Positions 52,679-62,375 of a stretch of DNA of 64,000 bases are shown here, one piece after another. The notes under the pieces are model-generated. The model had not been told where the DNA came from, did not search any database, and saw nothing but the letters and a program-made list of their open reading frames with translations. This DNA is from an uncultured Chloroflexia bacterium (GTDB lineage Bacteria > Chloroflexota > Limnocylindria > Limnocylindrales > CSP1-4). Within the stretch, counting starts at the first letter, position 1. Each line of letters starts with the position of its first letter. The position numbers were made by a program, and so were the translations under genes. The stretch is taken from positions 446,444-510,443 of the forward strand of contig CAVTAW010000002.1 of assembly GCA_963732805.1 (NCBI GenBank), read 5' to 3'.

Positions 52679-53662
52679 CTAGGCTCGATCCCGGACGAGG
52701 GCGATGGCGAGCGTACCGAGCATGAGCACGCCCATCGCCATGAGGACCCACCAGAAGTTCACCACGTCGTCGAAGATCGGCAGCTTGAAGTTCATGCCCA
52801 ACAGGGACGAGATGAGGCTCGCGGGGAGGAGCACGGCCGAGATGATCGTCAGCGTCTTCACCGTGTCGTTCGTCCGCTGGGCAACGCGGGTCATGACCAG
52901 GTCGTGCGTGCCCAAGAGCAGCTCGCGCGCCGTCTCGATGGCTGCGAGGGTGATGTCGAGCTGTTCGAGCAGCCCCGGCCAGGGTCGCCCGAGGCTCTCG
53001 TGCATCGCGAAGTCCGGCCGGGCCAGGGCGGCGAAGGACTGGCGGTGCGGGGCCAGGGCCCGCCGCAGGGTCGCGGCGCGGGCCCGCAGCGCCGCGATCT
53101 CGTTCACCACCGGTCCCGCCCGGCGTGAGCGAAGAGCCGCGGCGTCGAGGACGTCCACGCGCTGCTCGAGATCCTCCACCAGGCGGAGGTACCCGGCCAG
53201 CACCGCGCCCACGAGCACGGCCGTGAACGTTGCCGTGTCCAGCCGCCCGATCTCGGTGATCCCCTCGATCTCCTCGCGGAACTGTTCGAACGCCTCGATC
53301 GGGCCGTCGCGGACGGTGACGACCAGGTTGGGGGCTGCGACGAGGTCGAAGCCCACCACGACCACGTCGCCGCCACGACCGGCGTTGACGCTCCGCAGGC
53401 CGACATGGAGGTAGTCGTCGTGGCGCCGGAGGGTCGGGGTCATGCCGGCCCGGCCTGGCGCAGCCAGAGCCGCGGCGGTGCGGCCGTGGAGCTGGTAGGC
53501 CGCGCCCACCGCCTCGAGCGTCGCCCGGTCCCGGCCGACGATGTCGATCCACAGCAGCTGGTGGTCGCGGATACGGATGGGCGGATCGTGCACGACGTCC
53601 ACCTCGCGGTCGTCGCCACGCGCATCGTAGAGCCAGGCGCGGACACCAGCCGCGTCGGTCAC
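52679..53662 (-). CDS. corA: CorA-family divalent cation transporter
   Basis: C-terminal two TM helices with LLGMNF (GMN motif). GTG 53662 is chosen as the start; the ORF extends to 53794. Confidence 0.8.
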   Translation of the reverse strand: MTDAAGVRAWLYDARGDDREVDVVHDPPIRIRDHQLLWIDIVGRDRATLEAVGAAYQLHGRTAAALAAPGRAGMTPTLRRHDDYLHVGLRSVNAGRGGDVVVVGFDLVAAPNLVVTVRDGPIEAFEQFREEIEGITEIGRLDTATFTAVLVGAVLAGYLRLVEDLEQRVDVLDAAALRSRRAGPVVNEIAALRARAATLRRALAPHRQSFAALARPDFAMHESLGRPWPGLLEQLDITLAAIETARELLLGTHDLVMTRVAQRTNDTVKTLTIISAVLLPASLISSLLGMNFKLPIFDDVVNFWWVLMAMGVLMLGTLAIALVRDRA

Positions 53663-53958
53663 CGGACGAGCTCCGGGAGCGCAGCCGCCAAGCCGGCACC
53701 CGCGGCAACCGCGAGCTCGAGGATGCGCATCGAGGACTCGTCGCGACCCGCGGGCGCCGACCGCGCCACGCGGGCGATGGGATGCTGCGCGCACGTGCTC
53801 CTCCGCGAAGGGTGACCCGGGCAGTGTGGCGACATGCCGCTCGCGCCGGCATCATCGACCTGGCGTCGCGCATTGCGTCGGCGTGACGCCGGAACGTCGG
53901 CCGGGCTCCCTGGATGAGCGCGGGCCAGCTTCGCCCGGGACGCGATCCTGGCCCATGA

Positions 53959-53990
53959 TGTAGACACATCGGCGTGATAATGTGTCTACA
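53959..53990 (+). promoter_or_regulatory. 10-bp perfect inverted repeat bracketing an extended -10; leaderless antitoxin start
   Basis: TGTAGACACA (53959-68) and TGTGTCTACA (53981-90). TGaTAATGT at 53975-83. The A of the ATG (53990) is the last base of the right arm. Confidence 0.55.
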
Positions 53991-54250
53991 TGGCTGATGT
54001 CGGGATCCGTGAGCTGAAGCAGCGTCTCTCCGAGTACCTCGATCGGGCGGAACGGGGCGAGGTCCTGCGGGTCACCGACCGCGGCCGGCCAAAGGCCGTT
54101 CTCGGTCCCGTGCCGGGTCGCGCGCGCATCGAGGACGGGATCCGCGCCGGTTGGATCACCCCCGGCACGGATTCGCCACTTGCTCCTGTACGCCGATCGA
54201 AGGCGTCCAGGCGAGTGCTCGACGTGCTGTCCGAGGATCGCGGGGAGTGA
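53990..54250 (+). CDS. vapB: type II antitoxin, Phd/YefM family
   Basis: MADVGIRELKQRLSEYLDRAERGEVLRVTDRGRPKAVLGPV. GTGA overlap with the toxin gene. Confidence 0.85.
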   Translation: MADVGIRELKQRLSEYLDRAERGEVLRVTDRGRPKAVLGPVPGRARIEDGIRAGWITPGTDSPLAPVRRSKASRRVLDVLSEDRGE

Positions 54251-54651
54251 GCACCTACGTCGACTCGAGCGCGCTGCTCAAGCGCTACGTGGAGGAGGTC
54301 AATTCGGGCGCCGCCGACGCGTTGCTCCGAGCCGACCTGGGGCTCCTGACGGCCCGGCACACCGTCGTGGAGGTCCGCCGCAACCTCGCTCGCCTGCTCT
54401 CGGGACGTGACCTCGCGGCCGCGCGATCGGCGTTCACCGGCGATCTGCGCTCGTTCTCGATCATCGAGCTCGACGACGCGACCTGTGAGTCTGCGGCCAT
54501 GATCGCGGAAACTACCGGTGTGCGAACGCTTGATGCCCTCCACCTCGCTGCGGCGCAACGGGTGTCCGCGCCCGGGGTCAGCTTCCTGACGTTCGATCTG
54601 CGCCAGGCGCAGGCGGCCCGCGCACTCGGCCTGACGGTGGTGACCGGCTGA
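54247..54651 (+). CDS. vapC: PIN-domain ribonuclease toxin (VapC-type)
   Basis: VSTYVDSSALLKRYVEE (first acidic residue) and ...TLDALHLAAA. 134 aa, in frame with ORF 54151..54651. Confidence 0.85.
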   Translation: MSTYVDSSALLKRYVEEVNSGAADALLRADLGLLTARHTVVEVRRNLARLLSGRDLAAARSAFTGDLRSFSIIELDDATCESAAMIAETTGVRTLDALHLAAAQRVSAPGVSFLTFDLRQAQAARALGLTVVTG

Positions 54652-54861
54652 CCGACCGAGATCCCACCGCCAGATCCCACGAGCGTCAGCATCGTCGAGG
54701 TTGCAGGTTCGAGCCGGACGGCTCGGCCATACCGTCTACAGGATCGGCCTCCAGCTGTCGGCCGTGGCCCTCTCGGTCCTCTGGACCTGAGACCGGGCCG
54801 ACCACCCCGATGCGAAGCGGCCGCGGAGGCGCCGACCTGCCGTAGCCCCCTCACAATTCCG

Positions 54862-55473
54862 CTAGCTCGTGGACCCGTCAGGCATCTCGTCGAGAACGGG
54901 GAGCATGCGCGCTGCGAGCACGGCACGGAAGACATTGACGGCGAGCGCCGCGCGGTCGGCATTGGACACCGCGGAGTCGAGCAGTGGATCGAGCAGCAGA
55001 TCGATCTGGTCGCGGCGTTCGGCGGGGGAAAGGTCGGGCCGGGTGGTTGCGGAGACATCCCAGAGCTCGTCGTACAGGAACCACGCCAGCTCGTCGTAGA
55101 GCAGTCGCGCCTCGACCTCCCACGCCTCGGCCGACTTCAGCGCGGAGCCGATCTCGAGCATCGCGGGCACCCCGCTCTGCAGCAGGCGATGCAATGCGCC
55201 CTCCTGCCTGGCGAGCATCTCGGTGATGCTGACGCTGCCCACGGCGCCGGTGCCGAGCACGGCGCCCCAGCGGCTGGCGGCGCGTGAGGCCGACTTGCTC
55301 TGGAGGTCGCGAAGGCAGGCGTGGAAGGCGCGTGCCACCACGCGCGCCCTGGCCGCGGGCTCGCCGCCGATCACCAGGAGCGCCTTCTGCAGCTCCCATA
55401 GGTCCGCAGGCCTGGGCTCGGCCAGGATGCGATGGAATGCTGACCTCGCGGCGGCCAGCGCGGTCTCGGTCAC
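54862..55473 (-). CDS. hypothetical all-helical protein, no family recognised
   Basis: 203 aa with coherent composition. Divergent from the MFS gene across an 84-bp spacer. Confidence 0.55.
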   Translation of the reverse strand: MTETALAAARSAFHRILAEPRPADLWELQKALLVIGGEPAARARVVARAFHACLRDLQSKSASRAASRWGAVLGTGAVGSVSITEMLARQEGALHRLLQSGVPAMLEIGSALKSAEAWEVEARLLYDELAWFLYDELWDVSATTRPDLSPAERRDQIDLLLDPLLDSAVSNADRAALAVNVFRAVLAARMLPVLDEMPDGSTS

Positions 55474-55557
55474 GGACGTCCTCGACGCGGGTGTCGAACT
55501 CCAGCGTACGCGCCAGCGTACGCGCCGGAGGCTGCGATCGACGTACGCTCACCCACC

Positions 55558-56814
55558 ATGACCACCACGTCGCTCTGGCGACACGCCGACTTCATGAAGC
55601 TCTGGGCCGGTCAGACGGTGTCCGAGCTCGGTTCCGTGGTGACGCGCACGGCCGTGCCGCTGGTCGCGCTGCTGGTGCTGGGCGCAGGCCCGTTGGAGAT
55701 GGCCCTGCTCGTCGTCGCGGCCAGCCTCGCCGTGCTACTGGTCGGCTTGTTCGCGGGCGCATGGGTCGACCGCCTGCGGCGGCGGCCGTTGCTCATCTGG
55801 GCCGACGCGATCCGTGCGGTCGTGCTGTTCTCGGTCCCTGCCGTCTATCTCGCCGGCGCACTCCGGATGGAGCAGCTCTACCTGGTCGTGTTTCTCGAGG
55901 GCTGCCTCGGGGCGCTGTTCGATGCTGCCTATCCGGCCTACGTCCCGTCACTCATCGGGGTCGATCGCGTTGTGGAAGGCAACAGCAAGCTGGCCACGAG
56001 CTCGTCGCTCGCCGAGATCGGTGGCCCGGGCCTCGGGGGCGGGCTCGTCCAGCTGATCGGCGCGCCGTTCGCGATCCTGGTCGATGCCATCTCCTTCCTC
56101 GTCTCCGCGATCTCGCTGGGCCTCATCCGCAGCCCCGAGCCGCCACGCCCGACGCGGGCGTCGCCCACGCCGATCCGGCACGAGATCGTTGAGGGGCTGC
56201 GGCTCGTCGGCCGGCACCCGATCCTGGTACCGCTGACGCTGCGCTCAGTCATCGCCCACGTTGCCGGCTCGTTCTACGGCGTCCTCTACACGATCTATCT
56301 CATCGACGACCTGCACCTGACCCCGTTCCTGCTCGGCGTGGTCGTCTCCGCGGGCGGGGTCGGCTCGCTCGTCGGCTCGTTCCTCGCGTCGAGAGTCATC
56401 GATCGGCTGGGGTTTGGCCCGGCCCTCATCTGGACCGCGACGGGCGCGTCGATCGTCGGCGTGCTGACGCCGCTGGCCGGCGGGCCGCTCATCCTCGCGA
56501 CGCTGATGGTGTTCATCCCGCAGCTGATCGGCGACGGCTTCCAGACGATCGAGGGCGTGGCGGAGATCTCGCTGATCCAGGGCGTCATACCGGACCGCAT
56601 CCTGGGTCGGGTCAACGCCACGCTGGAGGTCTTCTCGCATGGCATCGCCTACCCGATCGGCGCGCTCCTGGCCGCGGTCCTCGCGAGCTGGATCGGCGTT
56701 CGCGGCGGGATCGCGCTCGGCTGGGCCGGGATGGCCGCCTCGATCGTCCTGCTCGTCTTCTCGCCGCTGCCGCTCGTGCGCACACCGTCGGATGTTGTCG
56801 TGCTCGGAGACTGA
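55558..56814 (+). CDS. MFS transporter (EntS/MFS_3-like)
   Basis: FMKLWAGQTVSELGSVVTRTAVPLVALLVL...WVDRLRRRPLLIWAD; 12 hydrophobic helices. Confidence 0.85.
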   Translation: MTTTSLWRHADFMKLWAGQTVSELGSVVTRTAVPLVALLVLGAGPLEMALLVVAASLAVLLVGLFAGAWVDRLRRRPLLIWADAIRAVVLFSVPAVYLAGALRMEQLYLVVFLEGCLGALFDAAYPAYVPSLIGVDRVVEGNSKLATSSSLAEIGGPGLGGGLVQLIGAPFAILVDAISFLVSAISLGLIRSPEPPRPTRASPTPIRHEIVEGLRLVGRHPILVPLTLRSVIAHVAGSFYGVLYTIYLIDDLHLTPFLLGVVVSAGGVGSLVGSFLASRVIDRLGFGPALIWTATGASIVGVLTPLAGGPLILATLMVFIPQLIGDGFQTIEGVAEISLIQGVIPDRILGRVNATLEVFSHGIAYPIGALLAAVLASWIGVRGGIALGWAGMAASIVLLVFSPLPLVRTPSDVVVLGD

Positions 56815-56842
56815 TCGTCCGTTGTCGCTGCGGGAGCGGGGA

Positions 56843-58762
56843 TCAGGACCGCACGATGAACCCGTCGATGGCGACGTACGGGTGGCCCGGTGAGCTGAGC
56901 ACCTTGATCGTGAGCGTGTGGCGACCGGTGGAGTGGAAGGAGCGTGCGAAGAGGACCGACCGGGCAACGAACGAGGTGCTCCACAGGTTGACGCGCGCAG
57001 CCACGCGCCCGTCCACGAGCACCAGGGCGCGTCCCCGCGTCGGACCCCTCGGCCCGACCCACTTCACCGACGAGCCGGTGAACGTTAGCGTCGCGGTCGC
57101 GCCAGGCGTCGTGGACCAGGTGACGTTGCCGCCGATGTAGCCCCGGTACGGTGCGTTACCCCAGCGTCCGCGATAGGTGACCGACCGGCTGTGTTCCGAG
57201 CGGGTCGTGGTGACGTGCTTCGTGGGGGCCGTGGTCTTGGGCTTGGCTGCGGGCGTGGGCGTCGGGGTCACGGGACTGGGTGTCGCGGCCGGCGTCTGAG
57301 CAGGCGGCGGGGTGGGGACGGGGGCGGGTGTGGGTGTCGGCGCGGGCGAGGGTCGCGTCGTCGTCTCGGGCTCGGTGTCCGGTCCGGGGATGCCCTCGGG
57401 CTGCGCTCGTGCCGGCAACGTCAGTGGGCCAAGGTCCGTGCCGGAGCGCCGGACGCCGACCGGGACGTACGCAGCCAGCCAGGTCGGGTCGCCAAGGACA
57501 CGCAGGTCCGCAGACAGCCAGTTCGTGGTCCGCCCGGTTGCCGCATCGATCCCGTGCAGCGCGAACGTGACCGAGGCTCCCGGCTTCAGGTCGTCCGCGA
57601 GCGGCGCGGAAAGGAGCGTCACCGGGGCCGGCTGGGCCGGGTCGCCGCTGGTCGCGGTCACCGTGACGACCGAGCGGACCTCCTGGATCTCGGTGTGACT
57701 CGGAGCTGACGAGGCCCAGGTGGGCACGGCCGGGATCGCCTCGCGGCCGGTGTTCGTGATCCGCACGGTCAGGCTCCTGCCGTCCGGTCCAGGCTCGAGG
57801 TCGACGCCCACGGCGCGGTTGGCCCAGATGCGGAGATCGACGGCCGGGATCGTGATCCGGTCGGCCCGCGGGAGGGGTCGACCACGGAGGTCCTGCATCG
57901 AGACCTGGAGCCGGTAACGGCCTGGTTGTCGCGGGGCTGTCGCCGTGATGGTGATCGTACGGGCCCTCGCCCTCGCACGGCGCGCCTTGACCGTCGTCGG
58001 GCGGGCATCGGTGCCGCCCGCCGTCGGTGCGACGACATCGGCATCCAGGGCGACCGGCACCCAGGTGGCCCGGAACTGGATACCGGGGGGCAGGGCGCCG
58101 CCGGTCCACCTCAGCTGGATCGTTGCCCGGTCGCCACCGTGCAGCAGGCCGCGGACGACAGGGTTGGCGAACCGGATGGAGCGACGTGACAGCGTGGCAA
58201 GGTGGATCGAGCTCGCGATGCTGCTCACGGCCTCGCCCCATCTTCCGGACGAGGACCAGAAGCGCTGCATGCTCCGCAGGGTCGGCTGCCCGCCCCACCA
58301 GCGACCGCCGGGGGTGAGGTAGAAGTCCTTGATGAACTTGGCGGTCGCTTCGATGTTCGCGGCATACGTCTTGAAGGCGCTCGCATAGCGGACGGGATCA
58401 CGGTCGTAGGCGTTGAGGCCGAACAGGTTGTGCCTCACCCGTGCGATGTAGCCGCTCCCCCAGCCCGACTCGTGGAGCGCAGCTGCCAGCAGGAACCGGG
58501 CATTGACTCCGTACCTGCGCTCCGCGTCGATGAAGGCGGCCCCGAGCGCCGGCAGCCGCGTCCGCGCTCGAAGGTACTCGTCGATCGCCCACGCCGAGGC
58601 CCCACTCCGGGACAGCAGATTCGTGTCCAGGGTGATCCGGCCGCCGACGTGGTAGTGCCTCGCCCGGGGCAGGCCGGCGGCCGCAGCGGGCGCGGCCATG
58701 CCGGCGAAGATCGCGGCGGCGAGCACCACGAACAGGAGAGCGGGGAGACGGCGAGTGGTCAT
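56843..58762 (-). CDS. secreted glucosaminidase-domain (GH73-like) cell-wall hydrolase with Pro/Thr linker and C-terminal beta-rich domain
   Basis: Signal peptide MTTRRLPALLFVVLAAAIFAGMAAPAAAA. YGVNARFLLAAALHESGWGSGYIARVRHNLFGLNAY. PT-rich linker PSPAPTPTPAPVPTPPPAQTPAATPSPVTPTPTPAA. Confidence 0.75.
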   Translation of the reverse strand: MTTRRLPALLFVVLAAAIFAGMAAPAAAAGLPRARHYHVGGRITLDTNLLSRSGASAWAIDEYLRARTRLPALGAAFIDAERRYGVNARFLLAAALHESGWGSGYIARVRHNLFGLNAYDRDPVRYASAFKTYAANIEATAKFIKDFYLTPGGRWWGGQPTLRSMQRFWSSSGRWGEAVSSIASSIHLATLSRRSIRFANPVVRGLLHGGDRATIQLRWTGGALPPGIQFRATWVPVALDADVVAPTAGGTDARPTTVKARRARARARTITITATAPRQPGRYRLQVSMQDLRGRPLPRADRITIPAVDLRIWANRAVGVDLEPGPDGRSLTVRITNTGREAIPAVPTWASSAPSHTEIQEVRSVVTVTATSGDPAQPAPVTLLSAPLADDLKPGASVTFALHGIDAATGRTTNWLSADLRVLGDPTWLAAYVPVGVRRSGTDLGPLTLPARAQPEGIPGPDTEPETTTRPSPAPTPTPAPVPTPPPAQTPAATPSPVTPTPTPAAKPKTTAPTKHVTTTRSEHSRSVTYRGRWGNAPYRGYIGGNVTWSTTPGATATLTFTGSSVKWVGPRGPTRGRALVLVDGRVAARVNLWSTSFVARSVLFARSFHSTGRHTLTIKVLSSPGHPYVAIDGFIVRS

Positions 58763-58962
58763 CGCCCACGACCGTCGCCTGTGTGAGCCTGTCGTTCAAC
58801 CGGCCGAACCTCCCAGCCCGGCAGCGGCGATCGGGCCATCCGCTCCGCGCCAGGTGCGGGATTTGCGGCCCACGGTGTGCTCGGGGATGAACCGGCGTCT
58901 CCCTCGCTGGCCGCCGCGCCCGCGATGTGGCGATCGTGTCCTGGCGACGAGCTCGTGCGCCG

Positions 58963-60495
58963 CTACGCCGCCTGGAGTCGACTCACGCCGACACGCCGGC
59001 GGTTGGCGAATCCGAGCGTGGCGAGCCCGACCAGGCCCAGCACACACAGGTAGGCGAAGGCATCGCCGATGCGGCCGTAGATCGTCTGGACGCCGCGTGT
59101 CGGCACCTGCGCCGCGACGATGGTGCCGCCGGCCGTGGCGTTCTGGCTGGCCAGGATCCGCCCCTCCGGGTCGTCAATCAGCGTCGGCCCGTTGCCGGTG
59201 GGTCGAACGAGCGTGAACCCATTCTCGATCCCGCGGTAGGTCGCCTCGGCGGCGTCGTTCGTTGCCCAGACCGCAGCCACGGTGTGGGTTGGTGCGATCA
59301 GGATGTCGACGCCGTTCGATCCCGCCTGCTGCACGAAGGCGGGGTAGCCGACGTCGTTGCAGATCGCCGTGCTCAGCCGCCCGGATGGGGTATCGAGGAG
59401 CGGCAGGGTGCCGGAGCCGCGAAGGGTCGCGAGCCATTCGCCCGGGAACACGGGGTGGGTCTTGTCGTAGGTCCATGCGACGGTGCCGCTCGGGTCCAGG
59501 AGGATCGCCTGGTTGCGCAGGTAGGGCAGGCCGGGGCTGCGCGTGAATACGCCGAGCGTCATCTGGATGTATGCGTGGTACTGCTTCGCGACGGCCGCGA
59601 CCCGGGCGATCGTGGCCGGTCGATCCTCCTCGAGGATCCAGATGGCATCCTCCTGCCAGGCGGCGACCTCCGCCCCGGACCGGAGGGCTGTCTCGGTGCG
59701 GGCCAGCATCGAATCGACCGTCGCGACGAGCCTCGGTCGGACCGCCGCTCGCTGCGCGTCGGTGGAACCATAGAAGGTCGCGAAGTCGATGTCGGCCGTC
59801 GCGCCATCGACCAACGCCTGGTCGGCGGTGACGGCCGCGATCCTCACGGTCGATGACGTTGGCGTCGAAAGCTCCAGCCGGGCGATCCCGAAGGCGAAGA
59901 CGGCGATGAACACGAACCCGAACGCGACCGCTGGACCAGCAACCTCGCGGCGGCGGAAACCGTGCTCCCAGGCGGCATTGAACGTCGAGGCGAACCACCC
60001 GATCAGGAAGGTGACGCCCCACAGGCCGGTGATCGAGGCGAGCTGCATCAACGCCAGGTCGCCGAGCTGCGAGTACGCAGCAGAGCCGAACGTCCCTGTC
60101 GCATTGAACATCGATGGCAGCCAGTCCACCGCCACGAACGCGCTCGGGAACACGAACAGCCGGGACCACGTGCCGAGGCGACGACCGAGGGTCCGATCCG
60201 CCGCGTACGGGAGCATGAGCAGCACGCCGTGGATGAGGCACGCGATGACACCCCAGGCGAGGTCGATGCCGGTCCCGGCCGTGCCACGCGCCCCGATGCA
60301 GGCGGCCGCCGCGTAGCCGACGAAGATGAGGAACAGCGCGGGCCGGCCGCGTTCCGCCGTCCGCACGAACCGCAGCAGGAACACGGGTGCGATCCACGCC
60401 GCCAGCGCGACCACCGACTGGTACGCGGTGAACGGCAGGAGTGCGAACCCGATGAGCAGCCACAGCGAGGTCAGCTGCGCTTGCGAGATTCGCAT
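58963..60495 (-). CDS. apolipoprotein N-acyltransferase-like membrane carbon-nitrogen hydrolase
   Basis: The last 510 codons of ORF 58963..61107. N-terminal TM bundle, candidate E-K-C triad (AAWQEDA, YDKTHPVFPGEW, STAICNDV), and a C-terminal TM. Confidence 0.7.
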   Translation of the reverse strand: MRISQAQLTSLWLLIGFALLPFTAYQSVVALAAWIAPVFLLRFVRTAERGRPALFLIFVGYAAAACIGARGTAGTGIDLAWGVIACLIHGVLLMLPYAADRTLGRRLGTWSRLFVFPSAFVAVDWLPSMFNATGTFGSAAYSQLGDLALMQLASITGLWGVTFLIGWFASTFNAAWEHGFRRREVAGPAVAFGFVFIAVFAFGIARLELSTPTSSTVRIAAVTADQALVDGATADIDFATFYGSTDAQRAAVRPRLVATVDSMLARTETALRSGAEVAAWQEDAIWILEEDRPATIARVAAVAKQYHAYIQMTLGVFTRSPGLPYLRNQAILLDPSGTVAWTYDKTHPVFPGEWLATLRGSGTLPLLDTPSGRLSTAICNDVGYPAFVQQAGSNGVDILIAPTHTVAAVWATNDAAEATYRGIENGFTLVRPTGNGPTLIDDPEGRILASQNATAGGTIVAAQVPTRGVQTIYGRIGDAFAYLCVLGLVGLATLGFANRRRVGVSRLQAA

Positions 60496-60802
60496 CCCAC
60501 CACCACCTGACAGCCAGCCTCGCGAGCCCACCCGGCGGCGATCTCTGTCGTCGCGATCATCGTGCTGCCGGCGGGCCGCCCGTGGGGAGCGCCAGAGGGC
60601 CCCTTTCGTCGCCTGCCACCCCGTGATCGAAGGTACGGGTGCTGCCATGACCGTTGACCCTGCCCCGTGCCATGAGCCGCGTGGGCACACTCCGGTGCGG
60701 GAACAGGGTCCTGCCCGCGGGACCTGACCGACGGGGCCGCCAACAGGGCGGCCGGGACGACCGGTCGGGCGAACGGACGGCCCGGAAAGCAAGGCATCCT
60801 CG

Positions 60803-62362
60803 ATGCGACCGATCGCCGGCCTGGTCATCGTCCTCGCCCTCGCCGGAACCGCAACCGCCGCGCCGGCCGGGACACCGGGCGCGATGGAGGCAGTGGCCGA
60901 CAGCGCGCTCTCCGGCAGCTGGTCGGTGCTCGGCGAGTACCGGGTCAGCCCCCGGCCCACGAGCCTCCTCAACCGCAGTCGCGAGCCCATCGTGACGGCG
61001 AACCCGTTCGATGCGTCGCGGCTTGCGGTCGTGTACCCCGTGGGACCGGGGGAGAAGAGCCATCCGGTGATCCGGATCAGCCACGATGGCGGGAAGACCT
61101 GGCGCACGGCAGCCGGTCATCCGCGCGGCGGGGGCAGCCATCCGATGGTCGCGTGGGGTCCGGGTCCCAGGGCAGGCAAGGCCCGCCTGTACTACGCCGC
61201 GATGGGCGGACCTGCGCCCAACTACCACTTCGAGGTCAGCTACAGCGACAACGAGGGGCGGACCTGGCACCTGGGCTTCATCGCCGACCACACCCGTGGC
61301 TGGTCCATCGGCATCGAGGACCTGGTCGTCGACACGAACCCGGCGAGCCCGAACTACGGCACGCTCTACCTGGCCTACAACTGGCCGAAGGATCCCGCGC
61401 GAGGCGATGGCCTGCACGTGGTCGCGTCGGGCGACTACGGACACACCTTTGCGGACACGGAGGTGCCCAAGCTGGCGGCACCTCGAGGCTACGGCGATGC
61501 CTGGCGCATCGGCTACAAGCTCGCCACCGCACCGGACGGGTCTGCGTACGTCGCGGGCTACCAGCTCGACATGAAGGTCTGGCGGCTCTCGGCTCCCTTC
61601 TACAAGGGCGGTTACTCGAACATCGGCCGGATCTCCTTCGGGGTGGCCCGCCTGACCTTCGATCGCCGGGCCCGGCGGCTGACCCATGGGCCGAACGTCC
61701 GCGCCGCGACCCTCCCGGAGACCGCCTGGAACCTGGGTTGGGCGTCGGCGCTGAAGGGCGTGAACGTGGGCCTGGCCGAGCCGTGCTGGGCGACGGGGCT
61801 CGTCGTGGACTCCGGCGGTCGCATCTACTACGCCGTGGCGGACGGCGGGCGGATCCGCATCGTCACCAGCGACGACCACGGTCGGACGTGGCAGCTCCAC
61901 TATCTCCCCAAGGCTCCCGCGGTCGGCGGGATGGCGCAGCGCTCGATGCGGCCATACCTGGTCGCGGGCGACGGGTTCGTCGCGGTCCTGTTCCACACGG
62001 TTGACGCATCCGGCAGCGACCGAACGGCCGGGAACGCCGTGGCCGTGACCTTCGACCGCGGTGACACCTGGGTCGGGCCGCGCCCGGTGAATGGCCACCG
62101 CTGGAGGATCAGCCGGGTCATCGCGATCTACAACGGGCCGGGTCTTCGCGACAGCGCCGCCCTCCTTGCCGACGGCCGGACGATCTACTTCGCGTACGGC
62201 GACGGGCGCGACCGCCTCTCGTCGGCATTCGGCGCCCGTGTCCGCGTTGCGGCCGCGCCGACGCTGCCGCCGCCGGATCCGGACCCGACGCCAACGCCCC
62301 CGCCGGATCCGGACCCAACGCCGGCCTCCGACGCGGCCACAGGCACAGCCCCGGCCGCCTGA
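60803..62362 (+). CDS. secreted BNR/Asp-box (sialidase-like) beta-propeller protein
   Basis: Signal peptide MRPIAGLVIVLALAGTATAAPA. Asp-boxes SHDGGKTW, SDNEGRTW, SDDHGRTW and FDRGDTW. Pro/Asp-rich tail. Confidence 0.75.
   Translation: MRPIAGLVIVLALAGTATAAPAGTPGAMEAVADSALSGSWSVLGEYRVSPRPTSLLNRSREPIVTANPFDASRLAVVYPVGPGEKSHPVIRISHDGGKTWRTAAGHPRGGGSHPMVAWGPGPRAGKARLYYAAMGGPAPNYHFEVSYSDNEGRTWHLGFIADHTRGWSIGIEDLVVDTNPASPNYGTLYLAYNWPKDPARGDGLHVVASGDYGHTFADTEVPKLAAPRGYGDAWRIGYKLATAPDGSAYVAGYQLDMKVWRLSAPFYKGGYSNIGRISFGVARLTFDRRARRLTHGPNVRAATLPETAWNLGWASALKGVNVGLAEPCWATGLVVDSGGRIYYAVADGGRIRIVTSDDHGRTWQLHYLPKAPAVGGMAQRSMRPYLVAGDGFVAVLFHTVDASGSDRTAGNAVAVTFDRGDTWVGPRPVNGHRWRISRVIAIYNGPGLRDSAALLADGRTIYFAYGDGRDRLSSAFGARVRVAAAPTLPPPDPDPTPTPPPDPDPTPASDAATGTAPAA
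62270..62322 (+). repeat. 30-bp in-frame tandem duplication (about 1.8 copies) in the tail of the BNR protein
   Basis: CCGCCGGATCCGGACCCGACGCC (62270-92) is repeated at 62300-22 with one change. It encodes PPDPDPTPTP PPDPDPTP. Confidence 0.7.
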
Positions 62363-62375
62363 CGGCGGCGGCCGA

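Noticed and set aside
53663-53958. Possible Mg-sensing M-box leader upstream of corA
   Set aside because: I could not find the conserved M-box core elements or a suitable multi-helix fold by eye. The corA start itself is uncertain (53662 versus 53794).
57200-57420. Repetitive Pro/Thr-coding DNA (and the PD repeat at 62270-62322) as a possible CRISPR or satellite array
   Set aside because: The repeats are in frame within secreted-protein genes and encode linker peptides. The units are irregular, with no spacer-repeat periodicity.
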